A stretch of DNA of 63,972 nucleotides, counting the filler, from Reticulomyxa filosa (lineage: Eukaryota > Protista > Foraminifera): assembly GCA_000512085.1 (NCBI GenBank). It is 24 parts of 24 records of this genome, joined end to end, with 100 filler letters (N's around TTAATTAATTAA, not from the genome) between each part and the next. Parts side by side here need not be neighbours in the genome. Positions count along the whole stretch, not along the records: positions 11,777 to 15,455 come from ASPP01034249.1; positions 15,556 to 17,381 come from ASPP01020191.1; positions 17,482 to 18,524 come from ASPP01039643.1; positions 18,625 to 21,682 come from ASPP01023677.1; positions 21,783 to 23,736 come from ASPP01018180.1; positions 23,837 to 28,433 come from ASPP01024615.1; 18 more parts are not named here. One strand, written 5' to 3'. Positions 13,398-24,810 of the stretch are shown in pieces (within the stretch, counting starts at the first letter, position 1; every line of letters begins with the position of its first letter). The position numbers and the translations under genes are program-made. The notes beneath the pieces are model-generated. The model saw only the letters and a list, made by a program, of their open reading frames with translations, had not been told where the DNA came from and did not search any database.

Positions 13398-13922
13398 CTA
13401 AACTTCATGTATACCATTTCTTTTTTGACTACCAGATACATATTTCGATGGTTTCTTCTTTCCGTATTTAGATTTGATAGTGCTAATGTCTTGCAATTCA
13501 TTTGACTGGATGATTTATTATTATTTGTTTAAGATGATAAAAAAAAAAATTACGTTATATTTTTCGTTGCCATATAATTATTAATTTTCTTTTATCTTAT
13601 TTTTTAAAATAAAACAAAAAAAAACAAGACGAAATAAAGGAACTATGAAACTTATATTTCAAGTACATTGTTAACTGGCAACTGAGTATCCAAACTTGTC
13701 GAAGCGTCCGAGCCATAGCCAATATCCTTGGAAGTCGTAACAGCATTTTTAGTTTGATCAGATTCGCTTGTAGTAGTATTATTCGTTTTTATGGTATGCG
13801 TATCTGATTTGCTCAAATCAGAGCAATTGGTGCTACTCTCTTTTCAAAATAAACAAAAAAGAAGAGATTATGAGCTTGAGCACAAAGAAGCTTTGTCGTT
13901 TACCTTTAACGTACAGGCTCAT
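13398..13922 (-). CDS. Mirror copy of the small S/T/K-rich protein with a different C-terminus
   Basis: Same sequence as 12410-12909, then ...VSGSQKRNGIHEV* in the spacer. Confidence 0.45.
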
Positions 13923-14919
13923 GATTTTTAATCAAACAAATAATCAATATCACACAAGGTTAGAATGATTTATTGAAATTTAATGAAAATTTTAAGGATG
14001 TTTAAGACTGGTAAAAAAAAACAAACCGATAAAGTTGAAAAATATTTAAAAGAAAAAGAATTGAATTATTAATTATTATAAACTTTTGTATTGTTAAACT
14101 GGAAAAATAGTAAATAAGCTGATAATGTATCTATTATTTTTCTATATATACATTTCACATTCATATCATTTATTTTCACAATCACAAGATGCATATCTAC
14201 ATACCTTTGTAGGAAGATTGAGGTAGCACCAAGTATGATAAGAAAGTAATTACTGAAAGATGTTTTCAAAAGGCAAACAAAAGTAGTTAAATAATCAAGA
14301 TAAACAATTCACTGACAAGAAATAAGAAAACAGAAAAGTGAAAGAAGAAAGACAGTGAATGTTGTTGAGGAAAAAAGGGTTTCCTCGTTCATATGAAGCT
14401 TCTCCTGTAATTAGTAGGGCATTGCACTACACCTTTTATATGATAATCTTCTAAAGAGAATGTAGGGTAAGTCACTATTTGTAGAGTCCAAAGTTTTAAA
14501 GGAACCTTAATATTGTTTTGAAAAAAGTGATTAATTTGTGCTGATTTTGATATTCGTCAAGGTTATCAACAATATGTCTATTTTTGAAGCTGTTTTGACA
14601 TTAAGTGTATTAAGATTTCAACGTTAAAACTTAGCAGTGTCGTCACACCATATGAGCAATAATAACACGATATTCCTGAAATCAATATACGCGATCAAGC
14701 TAGTGAAAATGAAAAGAACAGCATCACTAAAAAAAGTAATCATTAGCAACCAACCACAAACAAACGACAAAAAATACGAAAATAAAGAAAAGGTAGCAAT
14801 AGAAAAATATAACGAATAAAAAAACATAAAAATATTAAAGTATTAATATACGTTGGCGTATCATTTTGTCTTGTCCACTTCTTAAAAATTGTATTTGTTT
14901 GCTATTTTTTTTTTAAAAG

Positions 14920-15383
14920 TTGAATCATGTTATTGGACCCACTCAAGCGAATAGCAGCTTCCACAGGCGTTTCCTTCATCTGTGCATTTTCACACATTCG
15001 AGGACATTGATAACATTTTAAGTGTAAACATTATATTCATACCAAAGCTTCATTTTTCTGCTCCAGCAAATTATTCCACACCTCTTCAGGCACTTGTCCT
15101 CGCAAGTACATCAAGTTGCTTAATGTGTTAATATTTTCGCTCAACACAACCAGATGTATCATATTTAGACCTTCCAAGCCATTAAAATTATCCTATTCAA
15201 TCATACATTCAAACAAACAAATCCATTCACATCAATATGAAGAGATCTTATAAACAGACAAACATTTGTCGTGATCTTCCAAAAATCTAGGTTTTTGTTG
15301 TTCTTTGTTATTAGCAAAGACATAATGTCTTCATTCATTTCAGGAGATTTCCATAGCGCGAACATCAAAGGCGTTCGGCCATA
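14920..15383 (-). CDS. Ankyrin-repeat protein fragment
   Basis: Exons YGRTPLMFALWKSPEMNEDIMSLLI, GLNMIHLVVLSEN and ETPVEAAIRL. Truncated by contig end. Confidence 0.5.
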
Positions 15384-15682
15384 CTAAATGTGTATTTACA
15401 ATTGAATTATTCTTTATGTAATTATGCATTAAAATCAAAACAACACAAAAAAAAANNNNNNNNNNNNNNNNNNNNNNNNNNNNNNNNNNNNNNNNNNNNT
15501 TAATTAATTAANNNNNNNNNNNNNNNNNNNNNNNNNNNNNNNNNNNNNNNNNNNNTGATTAGTTCTTTGGTAGAGAATATTTGTGAGATTTGAAAAAAAA
15601 GATACACTATTGACCAAGTTTTTTTTTATTGTTTGTTTTTAGAAAAAGGGGAAGACGAACTTGTACAATTTTATCAAGTTTT

Positions 15683-16540
15683 TTATTTGACAAAAAACAT
15701 CTTGGACGAAATGAATTTAATAAATTGTCCAATCCAAGTACTAAATGGCCCCAAGCCAAGAACTCTGAATTCAGGAAAATGCCATCCAAACAAATAACCC
15801 CATAACATTAACCAAAGTAAAGCACAAATTGCACAAATGCAAAAAAAATTGATAGTGCTGTTATAGAAATTTATTATGTTTGAACGTTGAAAGCAAAAGG
15901 ATTGTATTTTACACGTAAATATTGCAATACACCACGGAATAATCACTGTTTTGGCACATTGACCTTCCACCCCTGCAGCAAACATTGTAATACTGAGCCC
16001 AATACTTAATGAGTAAAACAGTAAAATGTTGAAATACCATTTCAAAGTTTTTGGTTGTGGTTCCATTTGCAAATCTTGTTGTGGTTCAATAAGTATCAAT
16101 AATAAACATGATATTGCAATTCCTGCAAATAATAAAAAATGGCCTAAAATTTCATCTAAAAAATACGTCAATGTATATAATGTATTTTTGTTGTTCTTCC
16201 ATTCATTGCCAGGATTGAATGTGCGATGAATAGCATTACAAGACCAATGAATTCCGTGTCCTTCTATCATTAACGTTATACTCAATATAATTGGCAATAA
16301 TTTTGTAGCGCTTATTTTTTCTTCTTTCTTTGATTTATTTGCTTGTAAATGTGCATAATATGTTATAAATGTTTGCATGGACAATGCAAATATCCCCAAA
16401 CAATCCAATATTTCATGCCACGTCATTCCTGCGATGGGAATTGGAAAGTTCCGGTCAATTGCTCGTGGCACCAGAGGAACAGCAGAGACCAGCATTATAC
16501 AGAGCACCAACAAGTACAAATGTTTCAAAGGGAGAGCCAT
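15683..16540 (-). CDS. Polytopic (about 7 TM) membrane protein, CLN6-like
   Basis: Intronless 285 aa. GHGIHW..N, YFLDEILGH and VEGQ parallel the CLN6 motifs GASIH..D, YYYDEYLGH and TEGQ. Confidence 0.65.
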   Translation of the reverse strand: MALPLKHLYLLVLCIMLVSAVPLVPRAIDRNFPIPIAGMTWHEILDCLGIFALSMQTFITYYAHLQANKSKKEEKISATKLLPIILSITLMIEGHGIHWSCNAIHRTFNPGNEWKNNKNTLYTLTYFLDEILGHFLLFAGIAISCLLLILIEPQQDLQMEPQPKTLKWYFNILLFYSLSIGLSITMFAAGVEGQCAKTVIIPWCIAIFTCKIQSFCFQRSNIINFYNSTINFFCICAICALLWLMLWGYLFGWHFPEFRVLGLGPFSTWIGQFIKFISSKMFFVK

Positions 16541-16989
16541 TCTTTTTTATTTTAATTTTTTTCACAGCAAATAATTTACAAGTTAAATCGTATTGGTACC
16601 CCGTGAAGTTTTACAACATATCAACTTTTTTTGAAATTTGTCAAAATAAGAAAGACAACGAATTTTTTGACAATTTATGCTATTGTTGTCCGGTTTATGC
16701 AAAGTTACCCGAAATTAATGTTTTGGGACTCTTAAAAAAAATATTAACTATAGTTTTCTAGATTTTGAAGAGCCATTGCTTGATCAATTTTTATTGCTTG
16801 TCCACTGGACTGGCCAATAAAAAAGCAAGATCACAAGTTTTCGATGCAATTAACTTCGTGAGAAGGACAATTTATTTGAAGATGGAAAAGTGAAACTGAG
16901 AGATTGAAAAAAAAGGGAGCTGTTACAAAAATGACATGTAAAAAAAGAGTCATAAGAGAAGTGTAATTTGACAAAAAAAAAAAAGAGTA

Positions 16990-17262
16990 TCAAAAGTTGT
17001 CACTATCATGAGCATTTTCAGTGTTGAGAATATGTTTAACTCGTGAAGATTTGTAATTGGGATAATCAAAAGTGTTTGAAGAAGAAGAGTCTTGCTTCGC
17101 GTCATTGAGCAAAGCAGATTGAATAAAAGCAAGGATGTCATCATAATATTTTTTGCCACCTCTTTGCCAAGTGCTATTGTGGTCTCCATTCACATACGTT
17201 TGCATCACGCAAAGAGGACTATTTCTCGTATCTTTGCATCGATGATACAATTCCTGTATCAA
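16990..17262 (-). CDS. C-terminal part of an alpha/beta hydrolase (ABHD13/Bem46-like)
   Basis: ELYHRC...NGDHNSTWQ..KYYDDILAFI matches the GxHNxTW catalytic-His motif. Confidence 0.6.
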   Translation of the reverse strand: MIQELYHRCKDTRNSPLCVMQTYVNGDHNSTWQRGGKKYYDDILAFIQSALLNDAKQDSSSSNTFDYPNYKSSRVKHILNTENAHDSDNF

Positions 17263-17481
17263 CAACAGAAGATGAAGGATAGAGATGGATGTAATGCAAT
17301 GGAGTTTTATTTTGGTATTGTATTATAAAAAAGTTGGAGTGGAGTGTAAGATAACAAAGTATCTTAAATATAGGGGGGGGGNNNNNNNNNNNNNNNNNNN
17401 NNNNNNNNNNNNNNNNNNNNNNNNNTTAATTAATTAANNNNNNNNNNNNNNNNNNNNNNNNNNNNNNNNNNNNNNNNNNNN

Positions 17482-18300
17482 CTGCGGCGCTGTCGTCTCT
17501 TCTTTTGTATCTGAGACGTTCTTTGTATCTTGTCCTCCATTTGACATGGTCGCATTCACTACCGATCGTCTCCTTCGTCGTGTTGGTACTTTGCATTTGT
17601 AAAAAAAAAAAATAATATATTAAAATATGCATGTTCTTAAAAAAAAAAAAAAAAGGACGGATAATTACAATTGGCAGATTCATCAGCCGTCGATGTCAGC
17701 GCATGAATTGCGTCGTCGACACATTGTGCAAAGAATGCCAAGTCGCAATCTTCCACGTCTTTTTCGACTGTTGATTTCAGATCTGGATTGAACGGGATCA
17801 GATTTGCACGAGTGCATGAATTTCTTTGCGTGCGTATGTGTATGTGTATGTGTGGAGTCTCACAACAAACATGTCACTATGATTTTATTGTCCGAAAAGC
17901 TCGCACTCACTCCAAACTAACTTTGGAGGCAAAAAAGAGATTGGTAAAAAGAACACAAACATATTAAGAGTTTGTACCTTGGATCACCAGCATTGCCGAA
18001 CCATTCGATGAGAATTCTGCTTTGGCCGTCATCTTCTTTTGGTAAGGACACCTATTTGTTTGTGTTGCATTGTTTTGTTTGTTTCTCAATCGAAACAAAA
18101 TGAAAAGGGCACATTCTCAAATAAAAACGAAAACACTTCCAAACCTTGCCAGGCCACCAAGGAAAGCCACGGGATTTGGCCCAAACAATTTGGCCATTGG
18201 TATATTTTGTAGACTGGTTTCCTTCCAAAGCTGTTATCTCGGTCTTTCCTTCGTATTCTTTCTCACCAGCCAAATTTCTTTTTTGTCGGTTGTGTCGCAT
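17482..18300 (-). CDS. PWWP-domain protein (5' part)
   Basis: YTNGQIVWAKSRGFPWWPGK, next exon ILIEWFG, later NLIPF. GT-AG introns. Confidence 0.85.
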
Positions 18301-18624
18301 TTTGACTTTGGTTTTTCCTTTGTTTTTTTTTGTTTGTTTGTTTGTTTGCAACATTGATTTCCCCTTTTCAAATGTCACAACGATATGTGTTTTGGAGGTG
18401 AACAACTTCTAAAACTGTAAAAACATATACGCGAAAAATTGCAAAAACTTTTGTCATAATTTGCACTCAATCAAATTGATGAGCTGAAGTCCGCGTTTTA
18501 TTTTTTTAGTTTTTTTTAAAAAAANNNNNNNNNNNNNNNNNNNNNNNNNNNNNNNNNNNNNNNNNNNNTTAATTAATTAANNNNNNNNNNNNNNNNNNNN
18601 NNNNNNNNNNNNNNNNNNNNNNNN

Positions 18625-19328
18625 TCGTTTTTTCTTTTTCTTTTTCTTTTTCTTTTTCTTTGTCTTTGCCTTTGCTTTTGTCTGCATCCATAATCTCTTC
18701 TGGCTCACTGTCTTTACTCACACTTTTTTTAGGAACATCACTACCGCCATTCGAAACTGCTTTTTGTTTTTGATTTGCGCTTTTGGTTGCATTGTTATTG
18801 TTGTTACTGTCATTTTTATCGGTCGTCTTCTTTGCCGCTGTCGGTGTGGTCGGCCCTTTCTGTGCTTTTTCATTCGCACCAACTTTCTTATTTGCCTTTG
18901 GTTCCAATGAATTCGATCGTCCTTTATTCGCAACCTCTTCCCCACCCTTTACATCTAATGCATTCTTCTTTTTCTCATTGGTCGCCGGTGTCGTCGCTTT
19001 CCCTGCATTGGGGGATTTCGGTCGGCTTTTTTCTGCTGTTTTCGTTTCGTCCTTCTTTTTATTGTTTTGTTGGGCTGTTGGCTTGGGTGATTTTGTTGCC
19101 TTTGTCCCTTTTGCCCCTTTCTCTCCATTTGTTCCTGAGTCGTCCTCTTTTTTTTTTACTCTTTCCCGATTCTTGTCCGTTATACTTGTCCATCAGCTCG
19201 TTCGCTTCTTCCAACGACAACGCCTCATGATCACTCTTATTTCGACTGTAGGACACCAATTGAAACGCATTCTTTGGTGGATGTCCCACCTCATACACAA
19301 ACAATTCGTACAGATCGATACCACTCAT
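18625..19328 (-). CDS. Lys-rich low-complexity protein (5' part)
   Basis: MSGIDLYELF... joins the K/T/N-rich frame 18569-18907 across an A10 homopolymer (probable sequencing frameshift). Confidence 0.5.
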
Positions 19329-19649
19329 CCCAACCCAAAACGAGTTTTGTCCTGTTTTTTTTTTCTTGTTAAAGTTTGTTGTGCATACTTTGAAAGCATT
19401 CAATTTTTTGATGAAATAAACTGTTGGAAACACCTGGAAATTGCTTAATTTTGGCACAATTTTAAACACGTCAACGCTTGGAGACAAACGTGACCGAATT
19501 TTTTTAAAAAAGCAAAAGATTGTTCATAAGATGCAAAAGTGTAACCCGTAAAATAGCAGATACCGACACAAAGACGAGCTTTCGATATATTTGGAACAGT
19601 ATCAAAAGGGACAGTCACGAACTAATTTCAAAAAAGTAAAACGGAGAAA

Positions 19650-20913
19650 ATGTCCACACAATTACAAGCCCAAGTTTTGTATGAATATGAAGCCCAAGAT
19701 GGTGATCAATTATCGGTCAAACCAGGAGATGTAATTGACATTATCGATGATTCACCAGACCTGAACGGATGGGCACTTGCACGAAAACGTAATTTCTGCT
19801 TTCTTGAAAAGCCTGTTTTTCGTTTCAATGATGAGAACAAAAATAAATGTTAGGTGTGAATGGTAACAATAGAAACAAAGAGGGATATGTGCCAGCGGAA
19901 TACGTTCGATACATTGACCAAAGTAATGCAGACATGCGTGGGTACCAAAAAAAAAAAAAAAAGAGGGATAGTGGGTGTTGAACAAAGGTGAAAAAGAAAA
20001 ATGTGATTGTGAAAAGATTGATTGGGTTGAATTTGATTGGTTAAGATTTGATTTGCATTTGAGTTGACAGAATTGGTTGATTGATTGATATGATATATAC
20101 GTAGAGACGGTTGGGACAGAAGAGAGTTTGAATACTACTATTCGTCGATGTTGGCGCAAGAGCATCACCTTGGCTATTGTACCAAGCTAGGAAATAGCAT
20201 TCAAGAAGTGTATATCCCTCGGAGATGTTCCAAGTATATGTACACAATGACAAAGTCGGACATGAGGCGCGGAGCGATACTGCATTTGCTGTTTTCATTT
20301 GTGATTGCCATTGTCGACACCGTGGTCATGATCGCTCCTTGCATGCCATTTGACACTAATTCACCTCAAAAGTTTCAATACTTTTTTCCCATTGAAAGGA
20401 AGGGGAGGAATAAAAAAAAAGGGGGCTATTTAAAAAAAAAAAACACATATATGCACACACAACAACAACAACAAAAAAAGGCCAGAGATGACCCAATTGA
20501 TATTGACAGGGACCAACATATTGTTGCGTGCGGTGTTGTGTCTTTGGTTCGTGCGTCGGTACCCCCGAGCCAATTTGACGATGACGACGTTCCCACTTTT
20601 AACCATTGTTTCGTCGTTGACGTACAGCATACGTGTGTATGAACTGTTGGAAGCAGGAGAAAGCAAAGAATACGATGGCTATCGATATTACCGATCTTGG
20701 ATGTGGAGCTCTTTGCTCAACGTTCCGTTCACCGGTGCTGCATTGGCACTCGTTTTCACTGGGTCACCGGGCTTGGACGCTGTCTCCATTGTCGTGGCTG
20801 TCTTAAACTTGCTTAATGTCGGAAGGTGCTTTCTTGCTGCTTGGGCTTGTTTTGAGTCAGGAAATAATATTCATTCCGATTTTGAGAAAACAATCCATTA
20901 CTATCGCTTGTGA
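19650..20913 (+). CDS. N-terminal SH3 domain fused to a roughly 5-TM membrane domain
   Basis: AQVLYEYEAQDGDQLSVKPGDVIDII..GW..|EGYVPAEYV (SH3). Downstream exons at about 20105-20371 and 20480-20913 are hydrophobic helices. Confidence 0.65.
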
Positions 20914-21314
20914 TCCAAACCCTTAAAAAAACATATATATGTATACCGACACTACCTTTTTGCTATTCTCACCTAACGCCAAATATTTTATAACCCTCTC
21001 ATTTTCGCGGGGTTCTATAACTTGTTTTCTGTGTTTGACGTTGCTAAGTTGACAAATTTTCATCTTTGACAATTTCACGAAATTTGTATTCCAATATTTT
21101 CTAGACAGAAAAGCGCCATTTCTTTGAAAAAAGGGTTGCGTCTTTATATTTTGAACATAACAATATTCTTAAACTCTATAAAAGCTTTCACAAATTTGCT
21201 TTTATTTAAACACATTTTTTTCGATCGGTTATTTCACAACTTTATCTTAGTTTTTTCATGGTATTTTCCCTTTTAAAAAAACTTGAACTACTTCGTGCAT
21301 CAACATTGACAACA

Positions 21315-21629
21315 TGAGCAACAAAATCTTTCAAAATTTGAAGGAGTTACTCACTTAATCTTATCATCATCGCTGTGTGTCACACAAACATGATATCATC
21401 ATTTGTGGAGGTTATGAACACTACTTGTTATTCTTGTCATAAACACAAAAACGAATATAAGCTTATCTGTGAGTATCAAAGTCATGCTAGATTATTTGGA
21501 CACTGTGTAGTGAAGCTGGTAGATAACAATAACAAAGACAGTAATGAAATCACTTTGTTGTCTTTTGATGGACGTGTATATATAAGAAGACATAAATTAA
21601 TGACGAAATGTGTTATTGTTTGGATAATA
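21315..21629 (+). pseudogene. Kelch-repeat family pseudogene, ending at a transposon end
   Basis: Homologous to 26078 (NEYKLICEY..GHCVVKLVDNNNKDSNEITLLSF) with stops and frameshifts. Confidence 0.8.
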
Positions 21630-21682
21630 CAGTAGATTGAAAAAAAAAACCGCCATACATAAATGACAATATATGAAGAGAA
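21630..21682 (+). mobile_element. Left end (TIR) of a Tc1/mariner-type element, cut by contig end
   Basis: TA|CAGTAGATTGAAAAAAAAA...TATATGAAGAGAA is nearly identical to 62696-62747. Confidence 0.65.
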
Positions 21683-21782
21683 NNNNNNNNNNNNNNNNNN
21701 NNNNNNNNNNNNNNNNNNNNNNNNNNTTAATTAATTAANNNNNNNNNNNNNNNNNNNNNNNNNNNNNNNNNNNNNNNNNNNN

Positions 21783-23736
21783 TATATATGTATACATATA
21801 TATATATACATATATATATATATATGTATATGTATATATGTAATTGTTTCTTTGACATAGACTTAACCAGTGGCCACGATTATTTAGTTGGTGCATCACG
21901 ACCAAATGCAAACAATCCCAATTATAGCGAAATTGAAATCTACAATGGCACTTGCTTGATTCGCTGGCGGTAAACAACGATGATAACACGCGCTTAAATA
22001 ATGAACCTCTTCGGGGGTGCACCGAGTTCGACATGACCCAACGCCCTTGGTACAAACTGGCCTCCAACTTGACGGACAGCGAGATGCGCTGGACGTATCC
22101 TTATATCTTCAAGGGCTACCAAAGCGCCAACGTCACGGGCATGACTTTGGTCAACCGAAGACTGACCGGAACCGATCTCGAAGTTATCGTTTTTGTTGAT
22201 TTTTTGACGCAAGGATTGCAATTGGCCATTGACAGCATGCCTCAGTTTACAAGTTTTTTTTTTTTTCATTGCAGTTGTATTGCTTTGTACACATGCACAC
22301 ATGCACACATGCATAGAATCCCTCTTGATGGCCAATTGTATCTCATATCAGAAAATTACACTGAATTTCTATTGAAAACATGCACTGCATGCGGAGTTAA
22401 CAATATATAACAGTGTTTTTTTTTTTTTGTTTGGTCGTGAATACAAAACACTCCATTTATTGTTATTATTATTAAAAAAAAAAAAAAAAAAAATGAATAG
22501 ACTGATACAAACGTAAAAGACTCATTGAAATATCTAAAGACAAATAAAATTTTAAATGAACTGGAAAATGGCATGCTAATCAAGAGTACACCAAATGGAC
22601 TCGTCGTTGGCGTCTTGCCCTTGGATGTCGCTCAAACGAGTTTGATTTTCAAGGCAATGCGACAATTGAGAAGCAACAAAATATAATAGCAGGTAACACC
22701 TCACTTTTTCTTTTTTGGAAATGATATATACATATACATATACATATATACATATATATGTATACTATTTGTTTTGTTTTGCACAAGTGATCGTGTTCAA
22801 TCCTCAGTTGTATCGCCAACACCTATTCCACGCAGAGATTTGGGCGCTGTGCTTTTGCTCTGTTCCGATATTGGTGGTAGCAGTGAGATGGTTCGTTGAG
22901 CGCAAAAAGCAAAAGATCGAGATGGATGATGCCGCCAGTGAGTGCTGCAAGGGGGCAGCCAACTGTTGGAACTGGCTGTGTCTCAGTCTGAGCGCGGAGC
23001 CTCTGACCTGGAACGGATGGATTTCCATCGGACAATTCTTATTGATCTTTGTCTTGTCCAGTGTTTATTTAGTGTGGGTGATTGAAGTGGCCAGGTCCAT
23101 TAGCTCACGTTTAGTGTTTTCAACTATCAAAAAAACATTTTTTTTTTTTTTATTGCAATACAAACTTTGTAATTTTTTTTTTTTAACAAAAAGTCACAAA
23201 AAAGGTGTTGGTCGAAGAAGAGTATCTCAGTGTCCAAGATAGAACTATGTTCTTGGTTGACGAAACATATGTTAGTTTTTTTTTTTTTTTTTTTTAATAA
23301 AAAAAAAAAAATTTAAAACGTATATGTTACACGTTCCAATCTATTAACTTCTCGTTTACATAAAGATGATGGTGACAAGGGGAGGAGGGGGGATTGTAAA
23401 AAAAAAAAAAAAAGACAATATTTGAAGCACTTTTGGAGCGCAAAGATCGTAATGACTTGGGGTCGGGAACAAACGATGTGTTTTTGACGGATTTGATGAA
23501 ATCGTTTCGAAGTATTATGGAGCACTACGATCAATACGCCATTTCCATTGCGTTTGCCAATGGCAATGTCGACACCACATTGCACCAACTCAATAGCACA
23601 CAACTGCTCGTGGGCGGCATTTCGCGTAGCACAAATGATCTGCTCGAGTATTATGCAGTCGATTCCAATGGAGAGAGAGACACCAATGTTTAGTCTGTTG
23701 TTGCCTTGCTTTGCTCTATTTAATAATAAAAAATTT
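21783..23736 (+). CDS. Partial membrane receptor with a Cache-type sensor domain, TM pair and a second Cache-like ectodomain
   Basis: FDMTQRPWY..WTYPYIF..TGMTL...VIVFVDF (Cache signature). TMs at about 22835-22895 and 23020-23090. Then AISIAFANGN...YYAVDSNG. Confidence 0.65.
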
Positions 23737-23836
23737 NNNNNNNNNNNNNNNNNNNNNNNNNNNNNNNNNNNNNNNNNNNNTTAATTAATTAANNNNNNNN
23801 NNNNNNNNNNNNNNNNNNNNNNNNNNNNNNNNNNNN

Positions 23837-23900
23837 TGTTACATATGATTTGAATTTGTGTTATGGTTCACGCAAAGGTCACATTCGCATATGGGGATAA
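23837..23900 (+). CDS. Extreme C-terminus of a WD40 family gene
   Basis: YDLNLCYGSRKGHIRIWG*, the same terminal motif as the degraded copy at about 32265-32330. Confidence 0.6.
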
Positions 23901-24479
23901 TTTACATGTTGTCAAATAAGAAATGAAAGTTTTTTTGTTTGAAAAGTTTGATTTAAAGAAAAGTGAGGTTATATTAAACTTGTTTAATTTGATTGAATGC
24001 AAGCATTGAAAGATATGTTCTATCTTTGTAGTTCAAAAAAATTTAAAATTTGCGTTCGATGTTTTTTAAAGAATTTAAAAGCATAACGAATGAAACAAGC
24101 CATTAAAGAAATTTTAAAAAAAAATATTTGACAACACCGCCTATTTGATTTGATGCCTTGCAACATCAATTTTCCTTTTTCTGTTTTAAAGGTAAGTATA
24201 CAATCGAATGAGGATCTGAATATTACATATTAAATTAGGATAATTTTGATAAGCTTTTTCAACTTTGAGATGTTTTGTTTTCATTAAAATACTCAAAACT
24301 TTCACTGTTTGATGAATGAAATTGCCATTTGAGTGAAAGAGAAAAAGGTATCAAATGATTGTTGGATGTGTTATAACATTTTTTATTTTATAAAAAAATG
24401 CTTTCAATAACAAATCAGCACTTTTTCAATGTACTTTCTTCTTTTAAAATAATCTAAACTATTTCATAATTTCTCAACA

Positions 24480-24810
24480 TGAGCAACGAAATCTTTCAAA
24501 CTTTGAAGGGCTGCCCACTCCACTTTCTCATTTTTGATGTGCTCTATGCAAATATGAACTCCTTATTTGTGGAGGTTATCAATAAAGAGCTTGTTTTTAT
24601 CATACACTCAAAAACGAATATAAGATTATCTGTGAGTATCTAAGTGATGTTAAATTAATGAGACACTGTAGTGAAACTGGATGATAATCAAAGCACTTTG
24701 CTGTCTTTTGGTGAATTACATAAACATACATTGGTCGAAATGTGTAAGTGTTTGGAGTAATACATTAGATATATCAAACAAATCAAATGAATTCAACAAT
24801 TAGAATTGCA
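24480..24810 (+). pseudogene. Kelch-repeat family pseudogene
   Basis: MSNEIFQTLK.., ELLICGG and KNEYKIICEY with multiple frameshifts relative to 26078. Confidence 0.8.

Larger units (their letters stand above)
11777..14555. repeat. Large palindrome: arms 11777-12909 and 13423-14555 (1133 bp each), 513-bp spacer partly self-complementary
   Basis: Arms read as reverse complements wherever compared. An identical 66-aa ORF occurs at 12063-12263(+) and 14069-14269(-). Paired coordinates sum to 26332. Confidence 0.97.
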
